DNA of 63,446 bases, the filler included, from Reclinomonas americana ATCC 50394 (taxonomy: Eukaryota), in assembly GCA_048213135.1 (NCBI GenBank). It is 12 parts of 9 records of this genome, joined end to end, with 100 filler letters (N's around TTAATTAATTAA, not from the genome) between each part and the next. Parts side by side here need not be neighbours in the genome. Positions count along the whole stretch, not along the records: positions 1 to 9,657 come from PS015910.1; positions 9,758 to 12,125 come from PS015911.1; 10 more parts are not named here. One strand, 5' to 3'. The notes below the pieces were generated by a model that saw nothing but the letters and a program-made list of their open reading frames with translations, did not search any database and was not told where the DNA came from. This document shows positions 1-12,225 of this stretch, piece after piece. Both the position numbers and the translations under genes were made by a program. The stretch's first letter is position 1. Each line of letters starts with the position of its first letter.

Positions 1-498
1 CCCGTCGGCAGTCACCTCCGTGGCCACATCCTGCTTGACGCGCTTCGGCTCCTTGTCGGGCTTCTTGGTCCAGCCGAGAGACACTTGCCCACCGCAGCTC
101 CACACGGTCAGGTCTTCCTCGCCGGCCTCCGCCTCTGGGGGAGGGGAAGGGATTCGAGGGGGGAATGAGATAAAGACATGACAGAGGCATCATGATACCA
201 ATGAAACAGCCCCACAAGAGAGAGCAAGAGGAGACACCGCACAATCGACCCTTGGCTTCTACGCACCGAGCACAGCATGCTTCTTCGAGACCGTGGAGTG
301 CGGCACCGTAATCACACGCTGCGCCTTGGTCTCTTTCACGTACGCAGCCAGTGCGTCGCGCTCCTCCGCCGCCGTCGACTCGCTCGCCGAGAGACGACTG
401 ATCAGCGAGCGGCCGGCAAGCACCACAATGCACTCGCCGCTGCCGCCGCTGAGGGGCACGAGGACGGCCACTCGGGGAGGGCCGCCACTGGAGGAAGA
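1..498 (-). CDS. Partial gene (two exons, ~498-268 and ~135-1), possibly FHA-like domain protein; runs off the window edge, start not located
   Basis: GC-rich coding-like exons with a polypyrimidine/CAG acceptor and a GTGCGT donor. They read ...ECIVVLAGRSLISR...ITVPHSTVSKKHAVL|EAEAGEEDLTVWSCG..., where VSKKHA resembles the FHA SRxHA motif. Confidence 0.35.
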
Positions 499-1263
499 CT
501 GGGAAGGGGAAGGGAGAATGGGGAAGGGATGGGAGAAAGGGGAAGGGAGAGCGAGACAGAGGTGCTGACAAGTGCAGACTTGCAAACTTGAAGAACATCT
601 TGTGACATGCAAACGCAGTGAAGGGAAGGAAGACACTCGGCTGCAGGCAACAAGCACCGAATGCATATGGCTATGCAAAGACAAAGTGCGAGAGATGGAG
701 AGAGATGGAGAGAGAGAGAGAGAGAGCAAGAATGAAAGACGCAGACAAGCGCGAGAGATGGAGAGAGCGAAGAATGCAGACTCGTAATACCAGAAGAACG
801 GATGCGGAGAGGGTAACATCGACACCAAAGTGTGCACAATGCAAGACAAGCGCAAAGTCCAAGTACACAATGAGAGTGAGAGAACGAGAGACGAAGTGCG
901 AGAGAATGCAATGTTGATCAGTGCGACTCACGTGACTTGAACAACAGATCGTGAAATGCAAACGCTGAGAAGGAGAGGGAGAGGGTGACACCCAGCAGCA
1001 GGCAACAAGCACCGAATGCAAACAAGTGTCGGAGGGAGGGAGACAATGAGAGAGAGAGAGAAATAGTGAGAAGTGCAGACTTGCAAATCGTGCAGACAGC
1101 TGAAGTGTACAATGGTAGAGAGGGAGGGGGAGACAGAGACATCGCAGTGGGTTCGTGCACAGGACGCGAAGAAGCAGAGTCCGTGTGCCAAGAGAGAGAG
1201 ACAGTGACCGAGAGAGTGCGAAGGACAACATGCACACAATGAGTAAGAACGCAATCACCCGTG

Positions 1264-1266
<3 letters not shown>

Positions 1267-1358
<92 letters not shown>

Positions 1359-2288
1359 NNNNNNNNNNNNNNNNNNNNNNNNNNNNNNNNNNNNNNNNNN
1401 NNNNNNNNNNNNNNNNNNNNNNNNNNNNNNNNNNNNNNNNNNNNNNNNNNNNNNNNNNNNNNNNNNNNNNNNNNNNNNNNNNNNNNNNNNNNNNNNNNNN
1501 NNNNNNNNNNNNNNNNNNNNNNNNNNNNNNNNNNNNNNNNNNNNNNNNNNNNNNNNNNNNNNNNNNNNNNNNNNNNNNNNNNNNNNNNNNNNNNNNNNNN
1601 NNNNNNNNNNNNNNNNNNNNNNNNNNNNNNNNNNNNNNNNNNNNNNNNNNNNNNNNNNNNNNNNNNNNNNNNNNNNNNNNNNNNNNNNNNNNNNNNNNNN
1701 NNNNNNNNNNNNNNNNNNNNNNNNNNNNNNNNNNNNNNNNNNNNNNNNNNNNNNNNNNNNNNNNNNNNNNNNNNNNNNNNNNNNNNNNNNNNNNNNNNNN
1801 NNNNNNNNNNNNNNNNNNNNNNNNNNNNNNNNNNNNNNNNNNNNNNNNNNNNNNNNNNNNNNNNNNNNNNNNNNNNNNNNNNNNNNNNNNNNNNNNNNNN
1901 NNNNNNNNNNNNNNNNNNNNNNNNNNNNNNNNNNNNNNNNNNNNNNNNNNNNNNNNNNNNNNNNNNNNNNNNNNNNNNNNNNNNNNNNNNNNNNNNNNNN
2001 NNNNNNNNNNNNNNNNNNNNNNNNNNNNNNNNNNNNNNNNNNNNNNNNNNNNNNNNNNNNNNNNNNNNNNNNNNNNNNNNNNNNNNNNNNNNNNNNNNNN
2101 NNNNNNNNNNNNNNNNNNNNNNNNNNNNNNNNNNNNNNNNNNNNNNNNNNNNNNNNNNNNNNNNNNNNNNNNNNNNNNNNNNNNNNNNNNNNNNNNNNNN
2201 NNNNNNNNNNNNNNNNNNNNNNNNNNNNNNNNNNNNNNNNNNNNNNNNNNNNNNNNNNNNNNNNNNNNNNNNNNNNNNNNNNNNNNNN

Positions 2289-2372
<84 letters not shown>
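1267..2372. repeat. (GA)n and (CA)n microsatellites flanking an assembly gap
   Basis: Pure GA run 1267-1358 and CA run 2289-2372 on either side of an N-gap. Confidence 0.95.
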
Positions 2373-2374
<2 letters not shown>

Positions 2375-2657
2375 CACAACACAACACAAACACTCATACA
2401 ACTCACTCACACACACACACACACACACAGCACTCCCTGACTCTTCTTCTCGCTTGCTCCAGTTCACTGGCAAACAACTTGTCACTGCATTCACTCACGC
2501 TTCCTCTCTCTCTCTCTCTCTGGACACACACACACTCACACTCACACACACACTCACACTCACACTCACACTCACACTCACCCTCACCCTCACACTCACG
2601 CACACCTCTACACTCTTCCCTCTCTCCCTTCTCTCTTCCCTCTTCTCTCTTCTCTCA

Positions 2658-3279
2658 ATGGAGGCCATCTTTGAGGAGCTTGCGGCGAATTTGGAGCAGG
2701 AGGCGGCGCGCAAGGACGAAATGCGGACGGTGTTGCGCAAGAGCATTGAGCCGGTGTTGCGTGAGCTGCAGGCGGCGTTTCAGGCCGTGCATTCTCCCGG
2801 TGGATTGGAGCAGGTGCGAGGAGGAGAGGGGAGGGATGATGAGAGGAGAGGGAGAGGGGGAATGCATTGATCTTTCCTTCTTTGTTGCTTGCTTGCTTGC
2901 TCGCTCGCATCCTCTCCTTCCTTCGTTCTTGCCAGTTTGCTTCATTCTCTTCTCCTGCTGCTTATCCTTGGTTCCTGCTTGCTTGCTTGTTTGCTTGTTT
3001 GCTTGCTTGCTTGCGTGCTTGTTTGTTTGCTTGCTTGTTTGCTTGCTTGCTTGCTTGCTTGCTTCCTTCCCTCATGCTGTTTCCTTCCTTCTTGCTTGCT
3101 TGCTTGCGTGCTTGCTTGCTCACTCGCATCCTCCCCCTCCTTCTATCCTTCGTTCTTGCCACAGCTTGCTTCGTTTCCTCCTCCCGCTTGCTCGCTTTCC
3201 TGCTCAATGCCAGCTTGCTTCATTCTCTCCTCGTGCTTTCTTGCATCCTTGGTTCCTGCTTGCTTGCTTATTTGCTTGT

Positions 3280-3355
<76 letters not shown>

Positions 3356-3973
3356 TTGTTTGCTTGCTTGCGTGCTTGCTTGCTCACTCGCATCCTCTCC
3401 CTCCTTCTATCCTTCGTTCTTGCCACAGCTTGCTTCGTTTCCTCCTCCCGCTTGCTCGCTTTCCTGCTCAATGCCAGCTTGCCTCATTCTCTCCTCGTGC
3501 TTTCTTGCATTCTTGGTACCTGCTTGCTTGCTCGCATCCTCTCCTCCTGCTTGCGTGATTGCCGTTTGCTTGCATGGTTGCTTCCTTGCTTGCTTGCTTG
3601 CTTGCTTGTTTGTTTGTTTGTTTTCTTGTTTGTTTGTTTGTTTGTGTTTTTGATTGCTTGCTTGCTTGCTTGCTTCTTGCCTTCTGGCTGCTTTCCTCTT
3701 GTCTGCTTGCTTGCTAGCTAGCTTCTTTCACTCATTCATCTTGCGCTTTCCTGCTCAATGACAGCTTGCTTCATTCTCTCCTCGTGCTTTCTTGCATCCT
3801 TGGTACCTGCTTGCTTGCTTGCTTGCTCGCATCCTCTCCTCCTTTTTGCTTGTTCCTTCCTTCTTTTCTGCCATCCATCTCTCCTTCTTGCCAGCTTACC
3901 TCCTTCACTCCTCCTGCTTACTTGCTTGCTCGCTTGTTTGCTTGCTTGCTTGCTTACTTGCTTGCTTGCTTGT

Positions 3974-4005
<32 letters not shown>

Positions 4006-4071
4006 TTGCTTGCTTGCTTGCTGGCTGGCTGGCTGGCTTGCTTGCTGGCTTGCTTGCTGGCTTGCTTGCTG

Positions 4072-4129
<58 letters not shown>

Positions 4130-6037
4130 CTGCTTGCTTGCTCGCTTGCTTGCTTTTGCTTGTTTGCTTGCTTGCTTGCTTTTTCTCTCGCCCTCCTCCT
4201 TTGCTATCCCTTTCCATCTCCCTCTCCTCCCATCCTTCTCTCTGCCTCTCCATGTCCCTTCTTCTCTCTCTCTCTCTCTCTTTCCTTTGCTCTCCCCCTT
4301 CCCCCTCCCCCCACTCCCTTCCCACACCCTTCCCCTTCTCTCTCTCCCAGTCCCGCATCGCCGAGCTAACCCACAAAGCGCGCGAACTGTTCACCTCGCT
4401 CTCGGAACCCTTTGCCGAACTCGAGGCCGTAGTGCCCGAACACGAGTACTACCGGTGCGCTCCCCCACACCCACCTGCTTCGCCGCGGCTCCCCATCAAC
4501 TCACCCGCCTCTCTCGTCGCACAGCTACAACGACATTTGGCGCAACACATGGCAGCAGCTCGTGTTCCTCGCCGCCTTCACACAGTGGCTGGAGGACGGC
4601 ACGTTGCTGAATGTGCGCGGCGTGGAGGAGATGCTGCACTGTTGCGTGGCGATCGTGAAAGGAGGCGATGTTTTCGCACTCACCGGTGACTGCAGTGAGT
4701 GCGCTGCGCTCGATGCGCATCGACATGGAGGACTACCTGGTCGGTCTGACGTTCCTCTCCAATGAGCTGTCGAGGTTGTGCCGCAATAGGTGAGCGATTG
4801 TGGACAAGAGTGTGCAAGAGGAGTATCTACGACTGTGGTCTGCTCTTCCTTCTGCTCGTCATCGGACTCGCGTCTCTTTCTTCTCTGTTAATCGCTTTCT
4901 CTCTCTCTTTCTCTGTTCTCTTCTGTCAGCTCGTCATTAGCAGACTCCCGTCTTTTGATCAGCGACCCTTCGCTCTCTTTCTCTCTCTCTCATCTCTCAC
5001 ATCTCTCTCTCTTCTCTTCTGTCGGCTCGTCATCAGCAGGATCCCGTGTTTCCTTCCCTCTCTTTCTCTCGTCTCTCTCTCTTCTGTCCTCTCGTCACTA
5101 GCAGACTCCCGTCTCTTGCTCACCAATCGTTCGCTCTCTTTCTCTCTCTATTCTCTCCTTATCTCTTCTGTCAGCTCATCAACGTACGCCCGTCTCTTAC
5201 TCACCGCTCCGTCGCATTCTTTCTCTCTCTCTCTTATCTCTCACCTCTCATCTCTTCTCTTCTGTCCTCTCGTCACCAGCAGACTCCCGTCCCTTGCTCA
5301 CTGCTCCGTCGCTTTCTTCCTCTCGCTCTCTCTCTTTCTCTCTCATGTCTTCTGTCTCCTCTCCTCTGCCCGTGTCACCTCACCTTAACGCACCTGTCAC
5401 ATTTCCCTTCTTTCCCTTCCTCATCTGCAATCCTTCACATCTTTCTCTCCCTGCTCTCACTTTTTCTCTCTCTCTTTCTCTTTCTCTCTCTCTTTCTCAC
5501 ACCTCTCTTGTCTCTTCTGCCACCTGGCCTCTGCCCTTGACGATTCCCTTCGCCTCGCCTTCACTCGCCTGCTACACTTCCCCTCTTTCCCTTCCTTCTC
5601 ATTTTTACCCTCCATTTCCTTCGCTCTCTTTTTGTGCCACTCTCTCTCTCTCTCTTCTCTCTCTTCTCCTCTGTCTCCTCACCTCTGCCCTCGACTACCA
5701 CCTTCTCCTCACTTTCACACATCTGTCGCCCTTCCCTCTCTCCCTTCCTTTCCCTTTTTCCCTTCCCCTTTCCTCATCCCCCTTCCCCTCATCCTTCCCC
5801 TTTTCCTTCCCCCTTTTCCTCAGCGTCATCCAAGGCCGCTACACCCTCCCCCGCCGCATCCAACAATTCCTCGGCGACATTTTCGGCGGCTTCCGCCTCA
5901 TGTCCCTCAAAAACGACATTGTGCGCCGCCGCTTCGACTCCATCAAGTACGACCTCAAGCAAGTCGAAGAGGTCGTGTATGACCTGAGCATCCGCGGCCT
6001 CACCCAAGACGTCGACGCCGACGCCGTCGAAAAGTAA
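2658..6037 (+). CDS. TSN: Translin (C3PO subunit), 5 exons: 2658-2813, 4351-4454, 4525-4640, 4696-4788, 5824-6037
   Basis: Stitched protein MEAIFEELAANLEQEAARKDEMR...EYYRYNDIWRNTWQQLVFLAAFTQWLEDG...IDMEDYLVGLTFLSNELSRLCRNSVIQGRY...FRLMSLKNDIVRRRFDSIKYDLKQVEEVVYDLSIRGL matches translin signature motifs. Phases are consistent across GT-AG junctions. Confidence 0.93.
2885..4180. repeat. (TTGC)n-rich compound microsatellite with higher-order duplicated blocks, in translin intron 1
   Basis: Long GCTT/GTTT arrays plus repeated blocks such as cactcgcatcctc...cacagcttgcttcgtttcctcc. Confidence 0.9.
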
Positions 6038-6063
6038 AACAAGGACACTTTTTTGCTGGAGAG

Positions 6064-9000
6064 ATGTCACTGCGACAGTTTCTCGTGGAGTGGGCCTGTG
6101 CACTCTCTCCACCGCAAACCTCCGATGCAGAGGCGCTGGTGAGCGATGCTGAGCGACGCCTGGCACGCAACGATGTGCACACACTTGGCGGTCTCGCCTT
6201 TTATCGGCGCCTCGATGCACTCGCCACGGCACTGGAGGACGACTCGCATCCGTTTGCACACGCCACGGAGGCGTATGATCGTGTGTGGAGCGCGTGGGAG
6301 GCAGAAGAGTGCGTGCGTTGCAAGGGGCGGTGAGCAAGAACGGCGCACTGATGTGTGTGTGGCATGCAGTCGCATGCCGGTGGTGGATGATGCGGGGGCT
6401 GATGAGCGGTTCCCGGCGCTGGAAGGTGGGTGGGAGGAGGGTGATAGAGAGAGGAGGGCGATCAAGAGAGGGAGCAGGGCGACAGGCAGAGAGCAGGGCG
6501 ACAGAGACAGGGAGCAAGCGACAAGCAGCGGGAGCAAGCGACAGGCAGAGGGAGTAGGCGACAGGCGGAGGGAGCAGTGCAACAGCGGAGGGAGCAGTGC
6601 AACAGCGGAGGGAGCAGTGCAACAGCGGAGGGAGCAGGCGACAGGCAGAGGGAGCAGGCGACAGGCAGAGGGAGCAGGCGACAGGCAGGGAGCAGGACGA
6701 CAGGCAGGGAGCAGGGCGACAGACAGGGAGCGTGCGACAGGCAGGGAGCGGGGCGACAGGCAGGGAACATGGCGACAGAGTCAGCGAGCAGGGCGACAGA
6801 CAGGGAGCAGGGCGACAGACAGGGAGCAGGGCGACAGGCAGAGGGAGCGGGCGACGGGCAGAGGGAGCAAGAGCAGCGTCGTGATCCAACAGTCTCACAT
6901 GCATACGCCCAGACACAAGCAGCTTGATGCACGAGCTGCCGGCTGGCACTGCATTGCCATTCTTCGTGTACGGCACCCTGAGGCCCGACAACTTTACCGA
7001 CGCAGCGTGGCGAGCACCATTCCTCGCCGGCGCTGACATGCTGGTCAAGTTGCGTCCCTTCTGACGCCTCCTTCTTTCTACAACTGCTTATGGAGAGAGG
7101 ATGCAGGGGCACACTGCACGGTTTCGCCATGGCCGTCGGATCACATTACCCGGTGATCTACCCATCGGTGGACGCCACGAGCTCGATCGTGGGTTACCTG
7201 GTGTACTTTGGCGGCGAGGAGGAGTTTGCGGCGAGGTTGCGCTTTGCCGATCACATCGAAGGGTACCCGAATATGTACCAAGTTGCGGGAGATGCCTCCG
7301 TACATTCCTCTCTTCAGCAAGTCTCCACCGTCGGTGCCTGGCTTTCTTCGTTGTCCTGCGATAACTGTGTCATCCTCCTGTTGGTGTCACAGCGCAGCGC
7401 CACATATCGTGACTCCTCTCGCGCTATCTTCTTCGTGAATCTTCTCCTCAACACCCTCTTCCCCCGATCCTCTCTCATCAATCTCCTCCGTATCTTGTTA
7501 ATAGTACTTGTAGCTCTTGTGTTGTCGTCTCATCCTTCCTCTCTAACTGTTTCTCTTCTCCGCCTTCCTTATTCCCCTCCCCGCAATTCTTCCTCAACCT
7601 CTTTCAATGCTCGTCATTCTGTCTGGAGCTGTCCTTCTTCTCTCTCTTTCTCTCGTTACCCTCTTGTCTTCTCTCCTCCATTTGCTTCCTGTATTTCCTT
7701 TGTTTCTCGTTTCTCTCCCTCGGGCTCTCCTACGTCCCTCTCGTCCCTCCTCTCTCTCTTTCTCTCTTTGTCTCTCTCCCTCTCTGCCTTCCTTGCAGCT
7801 CTTCACTTGTCAGAGTTCTTCCGCAATCCCCTTCATTGTTTGTTTATTTTACTCGCGGTTCTGTCCCTCATCCTTCCTCAAACACACATACTCTCTTTCT
7901 CTACTTTCCTTGTATCTCTTACTTTACTTGTGGCTTTCATGCTGCCCTTCGCATCCGTCCTCTCTCCCTCTCTTCTGTCTGCATTCCTTACATCTTCTCT
8001 CCCCACTATTCTTCCTCAATCCCCTTCATTGTTTGTTTACTTAACTCGTGGTCCGTCCCTCTCATACCTCCACAAACACACGCACTCTCTCTCTCTCTCT
8101 TTTCTCTTTCTCTCTTTCTCTGCTTTCCTTGTATCTCTTTACTCCTCAATATTCCTCCATCTCTCTTTTGCTTTACTTGTGACTCCCGTGCTGTCCTTCG
8201 CATCCCTCCTCTCTCCCTCTCTTTCTCTCTGCCTTCCTTACATCTTCTCCTCCACTTCCATATGCTCTCCGTGGTATTCATACTGTCCAGTTTATACCTC
8301 CACTCCCTCTCGCTCACAAACACAGATTGCCTTCTGTCTTCAACATTCTTTATCTCCCCCGTTTCTTGTATGTTTTGTCGATGGCTCTCATCCTGTCCCT
8401 CAAATCCCTCTACGGTCATCGTATCCCTTCCCTCCTGAATATCTTCTCAAAAACCCCTCCTCTAATCCTCACTCTTTTAGCCTCTCCCTCTCCCATTTCC
8501 CTCTTCGTGCCTCTCCTACCCTCCCAATCAAACCCCTCCCATAATCCTCGCTCTTTTAGCCTCTCCATTTCCCATTCCCTCATGGTACTCTCGCCCTTCC
8601 TGTCTCAAATACCCCCTCCCCTAATTCTCGCTCCTGTAGCTTCTCCGTCTCATATCCGTCATACTAATCTCTTACCCTTCCTGTCTCAACACCAACAACA
8701 CAAATCCTCACTCTTTAGCTTCTCCCTTTCCCATATCCCTCGTCGTACATCTCATACTCTCTTGCCCTTCCGGTCTCAATACCCCTCCCCTAATCCTCAC
8801 TATTTTAGCCTCACCCTTTCCCATATCCCTCTTCGTGCCTCTCCTACCCTTGACCAATCAAACCCCTCTTTTGCTTCTCTCTCTCTCATATCCCTCTTCG
8901 TACCTCTCCTACTTCTCCTGTCTCAAATCCCCCCTCCCCTCATCCTCATTTCTTCAGCTTCTCCCTCTCTCACTACTCTCTTTCCCTCCCTTTCCCATAC

Positions 9001-9284
9001 TTCCCATACATCCCTTTCCCCTCTCATCCCTTTCCCCATTTCAGCGCGCTGTGGTCACCATCCACCCCTCACCCTCCACCCCCCTCCCCACATCATCCCC
9101 CATCCAAGCCCTCACCTACTACCGCGCCTCCATCCCCGCCCACTGGTTCGTTCCTCCATCACTCACGCACACACACTTTTCCCTCACCACCTCCCTGCCC
9201 CACAGGTGCGCTCGGCCCGTCCCCACCGGCGACTGGCTCAGTTTGCGCGACGACACCACCCTACACAAGACTCCCGAACTCTAG
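6064..9284 (+). CDS. Gamma-glutamylcyclotransferase (GGCT/AIG2/GGACT-like) protein with an N-terminal extension; about 6 exons
   Basis: Exon ~6892-7048 encodes LPFFVYGTLRPD (GGCT-like YG[ST]L motif). Exon 7107-7281 encodes GTLHGFAMAVGSHYPVIYP...IVGYLV...ADHIEGYPNMYQ, then RAVVTI...ALTYY...PVPTGDWL, ending at TAG 9284. The start at 6064 is less certain. Confidence 0.75.
6470..6870. repeat. ~19-20 bp purine-rich intronic minisatellite (GGGAGCAGGGCGACAGGCAGA-like)
   Basis: Tandem degenerate copies visible in the sequence. Confidence 0.85.
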
Positions 9285-9513
9285 ATCTCCTAATGAATGA
9301 GGGCATGCCGTTCGTGACGATTCATAGAGCATTCTCCGCGAAAGAAAGAGGCAACACGAAGAACCGACAACAGTCACGGCACACGCAGAAGCACTGGCGA
9401 GCATAAGACATGGAAGGAAATGACAAAAGACAGCAATCCACAAAACGAGGCAATGCATGAAACACACAAGAGATGAGATGGCGTGTGTCTATGCATGCAC
9501 AAATGCGAGGAGA

Positions 9514-11474
9514 TTACTGGCTGCCGCTGCCGCCAGCACCCTCATCGTCGTCCGAGCCGAACGGCAATTGCTTCGTCCAGTCGAACGGCTTGCCAGTGAT
9601 GCTGCACGAAGAAGAATATGGTGAGTGCACCACAAATGAAATGCACCGAAAAGAAACNNNNNNNNNNNNNNNNNNNNNNNNNNNNNNNNNNNNNNNNNNN
9701 NTTAATTAATTAANNNNNNNNNNNNNNNNNNNNNNNNNNNNNNNNNNNNNNNNNNNNAGGAGCGAGAGCGAGAGCGAGAGCAGGAGCGAGAGCGAGAGCG
9801 AGAGCGAGAGCAGGAGCGAGAGCGAGAGCAGGAGCGAGGAAGCAGAGAACAAACTCCATCTCTCTCCCTTCTCTGTTCTCCTTTCCCTCTGTCATCCCTT
9901 CTCTTGATGGGCACGCAACAGAGCCTCTCCAGCCGTCACGGGGATCTTCTGCACCTTGCCGGCCTTGTACACGTAGCTGCCGTCGACCAGCATGAAATCC
10001 AAGTAGCGGGTGACCTTCAGGTGCTTGAGAATGCGCACCAGCTTGCCTGCAAGGGGGGTGAGCAACACGTGTCCATCCATCGCGTGACACAGCAAACGCA
10101 CCATCGGCCATGAGGAACTTGGGCACCAGGTCGACATTGTAGTCGCGCGACGGTCCCAGCGCCTCATGCGGCTCACCGCGGCCGTACTAGAGACGCGCAA
10201 AGTGAGACACAATGGGGAATGGGGAGAGAGAGGGAGAGAGAGAGAGAGAGAGAGCAGATCGACACGAGCAAGTGCAAAGCGAGACGAGCTCAGGAACGAG
10301 ACGAAGAAGGGCAGAACGAGACAAGCACAAGCAGAGGGAGACGAGCGAGAGCAGAGCTATACGAGCCAGTGGCGAGAGCAGAGCGACACGAGCCCGAGGC
10401 GAGACTTGGTGAGCAGGAGGCGAGACGAGCAAGGGGTGAACGAAAGAGCAGAGACAGGCAAGAGCAGTGTGAGACGAGCAGGAGGAGAAAGAGACAAGAA
10501 GCAGAGACGAGCAAGATCAGAGCGAGAAGAGCAAGAGCATAACGAGACGAGCAAGAGTACAGCAAGACAGGCAAGAGGAGAGCGAGTCGAGGACGAGCAG
10601 AGCGAGACAGGCAAGAGGAGAGCGAGACAGGCAAGAGGAGAGCGAGACAGGCAAGAGGAGAGCGAGACAGGCAAGAGGAGAGCGAGACAGGCAAGAGGAG
10701 AGCGAGACAGGCAAGAGGAGAGCGAGACAGGCAAGAGGAGAGCGAGACAGGCAAGAGAGGAGCGAGAAGAGCAAGAGCACAGCGAGACGAGCAAGAGCAC
10801 AGCGAGACGAGCAAGAGCACAGCGAGACAGGCAAGAGGAGAGTGAAAGCGGAGCGAGTAAAGAGGTAAACGCGACAAGAGAGAGTGATGAGACAGAGAAC
10901 AATGCACGACAACAAACACTCACTCACTCTCTCTCCCTCTCTCCCTCTCTCTTCCTCTCTCACACACAACGCGACACACACACAGAGTCACAGAGTGCGC
11001 GTGTCACGTGTGAGCCATGCCCACGCGTCGGGGGAACACAAAACAAATGATTCCCTCACACACAACACACACACCACTCACCCGCTCAAACAGCTGCTGC
11101 AGCTGCAACGAGGCCGACTCGGCACCGTAGTAGTCGTTGCGGTCGACGTGGAGCACCTTCATGCCGTCGACAGCGAGCATGCCGCTGCAAAAGACACACA
11201 CGACATGGCCATCAGACTTCCACGCACGCACACACACACACACACACGTTGCTCTTCCCCGCTGCATGTGCTCACCTCATGACGCACTCGGTGAGACCGG
11301 TGCCCAACACAATCCTGTATGCGTGTGCGTCAGTGACACATGATGAGCAGTCAAATGACGCATGTGATGGTGTTATTTTGGCGCGCTGTTGGTGCTATTT
11401 TGTGCGACAACTGTCTCTCATGTGTGCGTGTGTGACAAGCACTGGGGCACTCACGCGTCGTACTCCTCGTCCAT
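9514..11474 (-). CDS. GDI1: Rab GDP-dissociation inhibitor; central part missing in the gap at 9658-9757
   Basis: MDEEYDA|IVLGTGLTECVM|SGMLAVDGMKVLHVDRNDYYGAESASLQLQQLFE|...SRDYNVDLVPKFLMADG|KLVRILKHLKVTRYLDFMLVDGSYVYKAGKVQKIPVTAGEAL is a classic Rab GDI N-terminus. The last exon (~9601-9514) reads ITGKPFDWTKQLPFGSDDDEG...*, resembling GDI C-termini. Confidence 0.92.
10540..10840. repeat. 20-bp tandem repeat AGCGAGACAGGCAAGAGGAG in a GDI intron
   Basis: At least 7 near-perfect consecutive copies at 10601-10750, with degenerate flanking copies. Confidence 0.9.
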
Positions 11475-12225
11475 GGTTAACTCTGTGACGAAAAAACGAC
11501 AAAAAATGCTGCTGAGTGAGCATTCATTGACGTGCGTGTCGGGCGTGTGTGGGAGGGCAGGCACGGAGTTTGGAGGGGGAGGAGGGAGAGAGAGAGAGGG
11601 CGAGAGGAGAGGAAGGGGGGAGAGGACGCGCGCACCTGCTTCGCCAAAAGTAGATGGGTTGGTCGATCGGCGGATCGTGGATCCTGGGGAGTGAAAGGAA
11701 TGCAAGCCGGCTGGCGGTTCGGGAGGTGAAGAGGAGCTGTACTTGCAGTTGGAGAATATGATGCAAAAGAGAAGCAGCTTTAAAAATGAAGAGATCAAAG
11801 AAAACAAGGGAAATACATTGCAAATACCGGAGCCTAGACTGGCAGGCAATTCGGATCGTAAAGATGTCAGTGTGGAGTCACTCACACTCCGCACATCCGG
11901 ACCCTGGCATGTCGAATGTTTTTCACTTCCCTGGATTTTCACTGTCGTGTTGAAATCATCATTCCTGCGCTGCAACAATGACAATAACAACTCCTCCCAT
12001 CTGCTCAAGCCACCACCGATAAGAGCCTCACCAACAACACGACAAGTTCTCTTCTGTTTCAACCACGTCACACCACCACTGCTTTTGCTTGCTTACTTCA
12101 CGGATCCGGACCCGGATTTGCTTTGNNNNNNNNNNNNNNNNNNNNNNNNNNNNNNNNNNNNNNNNNNNNTTAATTAATTAANNNNNNNNNNNNNNNNNNN
12201 NNNNNNNNNNNNNNNNNNNNNNNNN

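Noticed and set aside
671..4689. Long ORFs such as LACLLACL, SLSLSL, ERERER and HTHTHT, and ORFs reading through N-runs
   Set aside because: These are translations of microsatellites and gaps with no coding signal.
7090..9406. 484-aa and 359-aa hydrophobic ORFs that look like membrane proteins
   Set aside because: These are read-through into a CT-rich intron; only 7107-7281 and the exons near 9045-9284 are coding.
9702..9713. TTAATTAATTAA motif recurring inside N-runs (also near 12170, 19154, 23481, 25836, 37028, 47954, 52931, 55827, 58334, 62267)
   Set aside because: Always centred in a fixed 100-bp N block. It is an artificial scaffold linker with stops in all frames, not a biological repeat.
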